From NCBI GenBank assembly GCA_040954595.2, contig CM082596.2, forward strand, positions 2,966,656 through 3,030,655: a stretch of 64,000 nt of DNA, given 5' to 3'. Positions 56,954-64,000 of the stretch are shown here, in pieces; the stretch's first letter is position 1, and each line of letters starts with the position of its first letter. Origin of the DNA: Balanoglossus misakiensis. Taxonomy: Eukaryota; Animalia; Hemichordata. Both the position numbers and the translations under genes were made by a program. Below the pieces are notes generated by a model, which did not search any database, had not been told where the DNA came from, and saw only the letters and a program-made list of their open reading frames with translations.

Positions 56954-59900
56954 GCACAGGCACACTCAAAACAGCATGTCCTGTGTATATCAGAATGAAA
57001 GTTTGGTACCAGCGGATCTTTTAGTTCGTTATATACGTTGTGATGTTATTAGGCGTTTCACTCTAGTTTAATTATGATAGTAGTTTTTCAACCATAACAT
57101 TTGCCTAGCTACAGGGTTATTATGAGTCACCCTAGGGAAATTCATGGTATAAAAGGGCCATTTTCTGTACCTGCCGGCTATATTTGTTGTTGTGTGTATC
57201 AACATTCATTCTCCTCCCTACAGTGCTCCTACAGGGCCAGTTTTCTGCTTGTAAACAAGTCATGCATATGGGCACTGGCCATTGTTATTAGTTGACAAAT
57301 GCATTAAGTCTAGACTTCAATACAATTATTAAACAGTGACAATATTGGATTGTCCACGCATGGGCTCTGCTGAGAAGATTAAAACTGCGCGCGCATCCCT
57401 CCTTCTGGGAACAAAACACAAAACCATGGTTGATATACACAATATACCAGGAGAAAATAGCAAAAAGGTTACAGATAGTGAATCTCATTCAACTAGTGTT
57501 TTAGTAATATTATACATTACAGATCATACACCGTATTTGATTGCAAATATCACTTTCCTACATAAATTGGACCATAAATAATTTGTTTCCTATGGCGTTT
57601 GTCAGCCGGCAAATTATGATCAACTTTAATTTAGTTGAAGAGGTCAATACGAATTCAACTAGAAGTTGTGTGAGAGTTTTGTGTGCAATATTATTTATTT
57701 GTTTTGTATTGAAATTTGGCAACACCATTTAATATTTTCAAATGAAGATTGTCATTTACGATTAATTACATAATTGATTTACATGGGTTGTGCGTTACTG
57801 TGTATTTAGTTCATTACCTTAAGTTTAATTCTAGATGTACTTTCAATTTCAAATTGTCAATTTCAGAAGGTTTTAATTGTTTCGATAGTCTTGGTTTCTA
57901 CTGAATAAATTCATGACAACAGAGTTGTACATCTTAATACTACAAGAGACATCTATGTGACATTTTGTTAGGTACACCAGTACATAACAAATAAAGTGGC
58001 AGTGGTCAAGAGAATGTACATCCAACACATCAAAGTTTAAAAAATTCCACCAAACAGCCTCGAGTAAGAAACTGACATCAGGCGCACAGAGATGAAACAT
58101 ACAGGGGGGCAGTAAGTCATGAATTGCGCCCTCTATATAAACACATCACTAATAGCCCATCAAGCCAAGCGGAATCGACATTGACTGAAACATGACAAGA
58201 GAACGCAGAAACTGATGACGTAAACGCCCACGTGCACCTATCCTACACAAAGTTGTTGTTGGGGGGGGGGGGTGTCGAAAATTATTGCTTTGGGTTTACT
58301 CGGATGCGTCCTATATGAAGGGACACCCACCTGACACTATGAAGCTAATCCATAAATCAGAAATATGACACTGAAAGAAACACTATGTGAAAAATTGTAT
58401 TTCTTACCTGCGCGGCCGGCCAGCCAGCAAGCTTGTTTTCCATAAGGAGCACAATGTCCATCCGTGAGGTAGTGGTTCTCCGTGCAGTTTTCTTTTCTTC
58501 CGTGGTCTATGAGGAAATTGAAGAGATTCGTGGTTAACGTTGAACGAAAACGCAAAATCCTGTAGTTAGGTGTGTTAATAAAAGTCATTCTTGAGATAAT
58601 ACGGGCCCTATGTTTAATCACCTCGAATTATTGCAATGGACGTCCCGCCATCTTGTAGCACGAGAAGTGATGCCACAACGATGCGTCCTGCTTCAAAATC
58701 TCGAATAAAATTAATTGAGCCTGCCTACTTTTTCTTGCAACCAATCAGAAATAATTTAAAAAAAATATAATTTAAAGGTAATTGGACGCGGCACTGCTTT
58801 ACGTTTTATAGACGGCAAAATATCCAATCACCGTTCCTGGTCTTATATTTTATAATGGCCAGCGCGTCCCAAAGTGAAGCCAAGCAGTCTCGCAAGGTTG
58901 TACGTGATTGGACCAATCTGTATACGTGCAACGTAACTTGTGCGTACATGTTGTTACCTTTGGGTATATCTTCCGCAATAAATCTATGAATCTAAATTTT
59001 CTCGGGGCAAAACATGATTCAAAAACCTTGCAAATTCATGGTATAACACGGTCAGCGACCCAGCACTTAGAGGTTCGCGGAATATGCCTACTCCGGATGA
59101 TAAAACGTGGCGCGCGTCTGATTACAGTCAAGAGACGCGGAAAGTCACAGTCACATGACAGCGGCAGAAACAAAAGCTAGACTAGCTTTTGCCCGGCGAG
59201 GGCGCTGCGATATACTACACAGTCCTTATGTACGCGCAGTCAACATCAAAAAGAAAGACTTGTGACATCGGTACTCTATGCCCACCAGTGCTTCAGCATT
59301 ACTTAATGTCACAGTGAACATCTAATCAATGAAATGTTTGGCATTTTCAATTTGTTTGATAATGTCAGGAGTTAATAATAAGCTCGTTATACCAACCATA
59401 CCTAAGGCCTTAGGCATGATATTGATTGAAATGTTAACGTGACCAATGGGTCTCTGTAGTCTTATTAGTACACTCATTACTGCCAGTTTGGACACAATGT
59501 CAATGTCATATAAGCCCAAAGGTCGACGTCAGTACTCGTTAACGAGGACCAATATATGCATACCCCACGATTGTCAAAACTTCACAATAATATATGGCCT
59601 ATTTACTAAAGTAACACTGTCCAACTCAGTTTCATATTTCATTATTTGTATTATGCTGTTATTGTTGTTTTTCTTCAGAAAGCGGGGTTGGAGGGGGGAG
59701 GGGGATCTTCCTTCTTTGAGAGACCTGCTACAACCTCTTTGTACTGACCGCAACGAAAAGTCAGGAGGCGTTTTATAATTACTTTCGTTGCTGGTTATAG
59801 GGCCGGTATTTTGCAAGCGCAAACAACTAACGCCCGCCAACATCAGAACAATTATTCGGCACTGCATCCGGCCGCCTGCAAAAATTCCCAATTCAAAACA

Positions 59901-61450
59901 AACGTCTGAATGCACAACCGCCAGCAACATAGCCTACCTGACAAGCACCCAGGTACAATTACTGCTGCTTTCTCTAAAATGCCAATGGGTGACCATTATT
60001 TTTGTGTGCAAAAGCCTACTCTGACATTTCACAAACCATTTAGCTGGCCACGTCGACAGCGGCCGATTCATCGCTGTTACAATTATGAGGCTTAGAGCTA
60101 TACGACGCCGAAGATTAGCCGAGCCCGATTTCCGGATTTTGGTTGGTTTAGAAGAACTCGCTTCGGAGACAATTTTGTAATTTTAGCCGAATTACGACGT
60201 GGGAATTTGAGATATTTAATGTGCTCTGAATGCCTTGTTCATTTTCCCCCAACAAGGCATGGAAAGAGCGTTCCTCTGTACCCAATTACTTCTTCGTAAC
60301 GTTAGATACCTTATCATGCTTATGGCTAATCTCCAGCTCAGTTCATTTCAAGGCGACATCGGTACTTTACATTTTGCCTTTGACGCGGCGTCTCAAATGT
60401 CACGACAATTTTAAAAGTAACTAAAAGCGCGCTGAATACGCCGCCGTCACGGGGCTTTATACTTTGAAGCCGAGAAATGAACTAATGCAGTGACTGGACA
60501 TTTCTAGTATGCAAGTTTCAACAACAGTTTACTGCAATCATTATCGAGAAGTTTTTTTTAATGTACGAATATGCGACAGGCATTTTAATCTAAATATTTT
60601 AATGTGTTAAAAGATGTACATGTACACATATCTCATAATGTTACAATAGTGTTCTCTCGGGAAGAAATATCCAAGGAGTATACTAATACATTGGGATAAG
60701 CTAAATTGATATCTGTGCTCTTAAATGATATACTTGTGAGATAAAATAACAATGATGTATTATAGCTGCTTCAAGGTCATTACCGAGGATTTCCATGCGC
60801 GAACTGTGGGCATACTTCATCATTTATATATCTAGAAAAACAAATGAATAGGTTGTCAAGGACACGTCTCATCTATAATCATTTTGTCCGTTCCATAATG
60901 CATTATAGGCTACCCACGGGTTTCTCTGCAGGCATGCAACACTTCCAATTTCCCGTCTTCATCCTCGATCGAGAACTTGCTTGGCGACGAAGCAACCCTG
61001 GCGTGAAAACAATATCCCTTTACACCAAAATCAGCGTCTTTTAAAACCTATTCACGCAGAAAGCACAGTTTGACGCTGTTGTGATATGTTAAAGTGACAA
61101 CGACAAGGCGCGCGAATGAAAGAACGAACTCAAGGTCTTCTTAAAACATGAATTCTTTACAATCAATCACGTGATCTGGCCATGAGACCCACGGCGTTGT
61201 CATTTACAGGTGACGGGCAAACAATGTTTCGGCATCCAGTAAAACTTTTTTCCGAGTATGTTTTACGTTACAACCAGGCATGGTGCCTCATCAGCCTCAT
61301 AGCGTTTCGTCAACACAGTCTTTGACTGCACCACGTTGCTGAAGTTGCCCGTCATCTGAAAAGTTGAATGCCAACGTAAGACCCGTCTGACGTCATTTGA
61401 TATCGAAGAATTCGACTCCACCGGGTACATGAAGTAGCATTTCCGCTTCA

Positions 61451-62521
61451 TCAAACGACGGTGATAATTCTGATAGAGGATGTACGAGTGGATTCCGTTC
61501 TGGAGGAGAACGACTGACGCTGTTGTCGGCGCCATTTCCTCTTGAGCCGACAAGACAGCAGTTGTCTTAAATCTGCCTGCAAGGGAAGTGGACAAAGTAA
61601 TTAGACGATTTAGGTACAGAAAATATTGGAAAACGGCAAACACTCGCTATATGGCTAATCCAAGTCAGAGTATTTCAGGTATTTGGTTTCGTATACGTTT
61701 ATGGATTCTAGCTAAGGTTTTCTTAGCCCAGCCTTCGTTTTCATCAGCATTACCATGGAAACGTAGATGGATCTAAATGAAACTGAGTGGGAAAATAACG
61801 ATGCTCATTGATAAGTGCTCCCATGATCTGAATGGTTTCTTTTCAAAGCTGTTAACCTCTGATCTTTTACGGTGATCTACTTGCAAGACAAACAATTACA
61901 TCAGGTGATCAGATTGCAGACTATGGGGACAGACGCTATCAATTTCCAATTAAGCGTAATTGACGTTGCAAACATTTTTTTGTCCGTCTGTGTATATCTA
62001 GCTAATTAAAAGTTGGAAAGTACGTTGTAAAGTAAAGGCCGAGTGGAAAGCAGCCGGCAACTCCACACATTGATTTTTTTTTGCCGTCTTTTTTAAAATT
62101 TGGATTCACATTTGTTTAGTATGTATGTAATTACCTGTAGAGATGTGGAGAGCTATTGGTTCGTGTGATTTGGGATACTTCCTGACTAGCGATTCAGAAC
62201 ACGCGCCATCGATTTGAAAGAAAACAACATGCCATGCTGATGGTCAAACAAAAGTCACCTTTGGACCCCCCCCCAAAAAAAAAGACCAAATGGTTCACTC
62301 CTTACCCTGAAGTTCTCGTTCAAGAACGTGTAGATGACCGGATTGAGGGTACTGTGCGCCATGGCCAGGTAGTGCACTGCGAAGTACACCCTCACGATCA
62401 TGATGCTGTGGGGTTGCCGTGACATGAGGCCGCGGTCGGCCATCACCACCAAGCGCAGAACATGCAACGGCAGCCAACAGAGGAAGAACGCCAAAACCAC
62501 CAACAAGACCATTCGAATCAC
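61451..62521 (-). CDS. Class A neuropeptide GPCR (tachykinin/RYamide-luqin/GPR83-like), last two exons; 5' part outside the window
   Basis: Exon 62521-62306 encodes TM6-TM7: VIRMVLLVVLAFFLCWLPLH...YFAVHYLAMAHSTLNPVIYTFLNENFR (CWxP and NPxxY motifs). Exon 61576-61451 encodes helix 8 and tail ADLRQLLSCRLKRKWRRQQRQSFSSRTESTRTSSIRIITVV*. Confidence 0.85.
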
Positions 62522-64000
62522 CTGGGAAGAAAACAAATAAATCCTTGTGGGTATTTACTCAACTTGATTAAAAAATCATCGTCTCTCTGGTCAGGTCAAT
62601 TCGTAGTTCAAGCCCCATAGGCCGCTGTCACCGATGGCATATTTTAATGATGAGCTATTTCAATCTTGTCATAAACCGGAGAGCGACACAGTTTGAGTCT
62701 GTGGAGATTCTAATATCCATGTGCGCATACCACGATGTTTGTCTACTTTAACAATGGGCGGCTGAATAAATGGGTGTGGCATCCGTTTATTATTTAACAT
62801 TTAAATGCACAGCCACAATCAGAGGTTGGTAATATGTTTGTGTATACCCATCATCCAAATGGACAATTCTAAGTAAGTAAGTCTGAAAGTAAAATCGTGG
62901 AAATAATGCGAAAAGTGACTGTGGCAGCCCATGGGGCTTAAAACTGTGACCCACAACAAACAAAGCAGTACGAGAATGGAAAGTCGTAATAGTCTCACTG
63001 AAATACAAATGTATTTGTATTCTTCAAAACATTTCACGACCACATGTAGTACATAGTGATATCTGATGTTGTAGATTACTGGGCTATTCCGCAGTGCATT
63101 TATTCATTAGTTTTTAAACATCAAAAGTTTCACCGTGAATCCCAAATCGCCATGCACATCCAAGTGTGACTGATGGACGGAGTGTGTGTCATAATACGTC
63201 ACCGCCATGGCCAACCCATTATATTTATGGGGGAGGTCATCTACCGTACCCTGCAGGGAAACTCATGCACGTAATCGTAGTAACGCATGGGGACAGAACA
63301 AATATGGATTCGCTAATTTCGATTTCCTCTAACATGTACCAATAAATTAGCATCCAAGGTAAGAGTCAGTTTGGTTCATTATCATGCCCCCAGGTATTTC
63401 TGTGGTAGTGAAGTTCCTGAGAATAGACACGTAGGCACTATAGATAGAACGATAATAGAGTGTAGTATACTAGTATAACGCGGGCATAAGTTGAATTTGC
63501 ATTTTAATTACACTAAGTTTATGCACCTATTGTCATGCATTAAATAAAAAAATTCATAAAACTGCAATAAAATAAAATTAGCTAAAATATATATCAAACA
63601 ATAGTAAACCAGTAGATAGTGGAGGAAAATGTCGTTTCTTTGCTATATTTGAATTATGTGGTGGTGACTTTGGCCCCACCATACCGTCAGCCATATGCAT
63701 ACTTGATTGAATGTTGCCTGTTACAGTACGGTACGTTCATTTGAATTTTAGAGCACACATGTGTATACGTAGATATCTTGTAGCGGGTATCAATTCTTTA
63801 TATTTAATTCATCTTGATGTATGGGTTTGGCGTTGGCGAAGCATTTCTTATCTGATGATGTATCCCCGAAGGATGGTCGTTTATATATTCATAGGGGAAG
63901 TTCTTCAAGATGGACCGGGGGATTAGGTTGCCTGCGTGTACTTGTAGGGGAATGTTTTCTTGTTTTGTACAAGGGCTGTGTCTGCCGCCTGTGTCCGGTG

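Noticed and set aside
61263-61643. 126-aa minus-strand ORF overlapping the last exon of the neuropeptide receptor
   Set aside because: The phase-0 splice from ...NENFR selects another frame that gives a proper helix 8 with Cys and stops at 61451. The long ORF is out of frame, although a frameshifted longer tail cannot be fully excluded.

Overview
Eukaryotic (metazoan) genomic DNA, intron-rich and AT-rich. Gene content suggests a marine invertebrate deuterostome such as a hemichordate or echinoderm (inference). I reconstructed six spliced genes by hand from splice sites and reading phase. (1) The 3' part of an NR4A/HR38-type nuclear receptor (+, 1-2936). (2) A complete UBA5 (+, 6068-9353). (3) A complete Cys-loop nicotinic-receptor-like subunit lacking the loop-C vicinal cysteines (-, 11723-24455). 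(4, 5) Two tandem, intact, paralogous adhesion-GPCR-like genes (+, 32544-43851 and 44987-56953). (6) The last two exons of a class A neuropeptide receptor (-, 61451-62521). The adhesion-GPCR pair is the most unusual element. The ectodomain is [beta-propeller lectin-like, gene A only]-pentraxin-F-type-lectin-like-HYR-HYR-sushi-EGF-HRM-GAIN. The GPS lacks the catalytic His (CPQP/T), an RQRR furin-type site sits inside the GAIN region, and the 7TM has lost the TM3-ECL2 disulfide and most of ECL2. Both genes share a GC-AG intron, and patchy near-identity between the paralogs suggests gene conversion. Also present are microsatellites, a four-copy palindromic interspersed repeat and a long-hairpin MITE-like element. 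Domain names come from motif recognition, not database searches.
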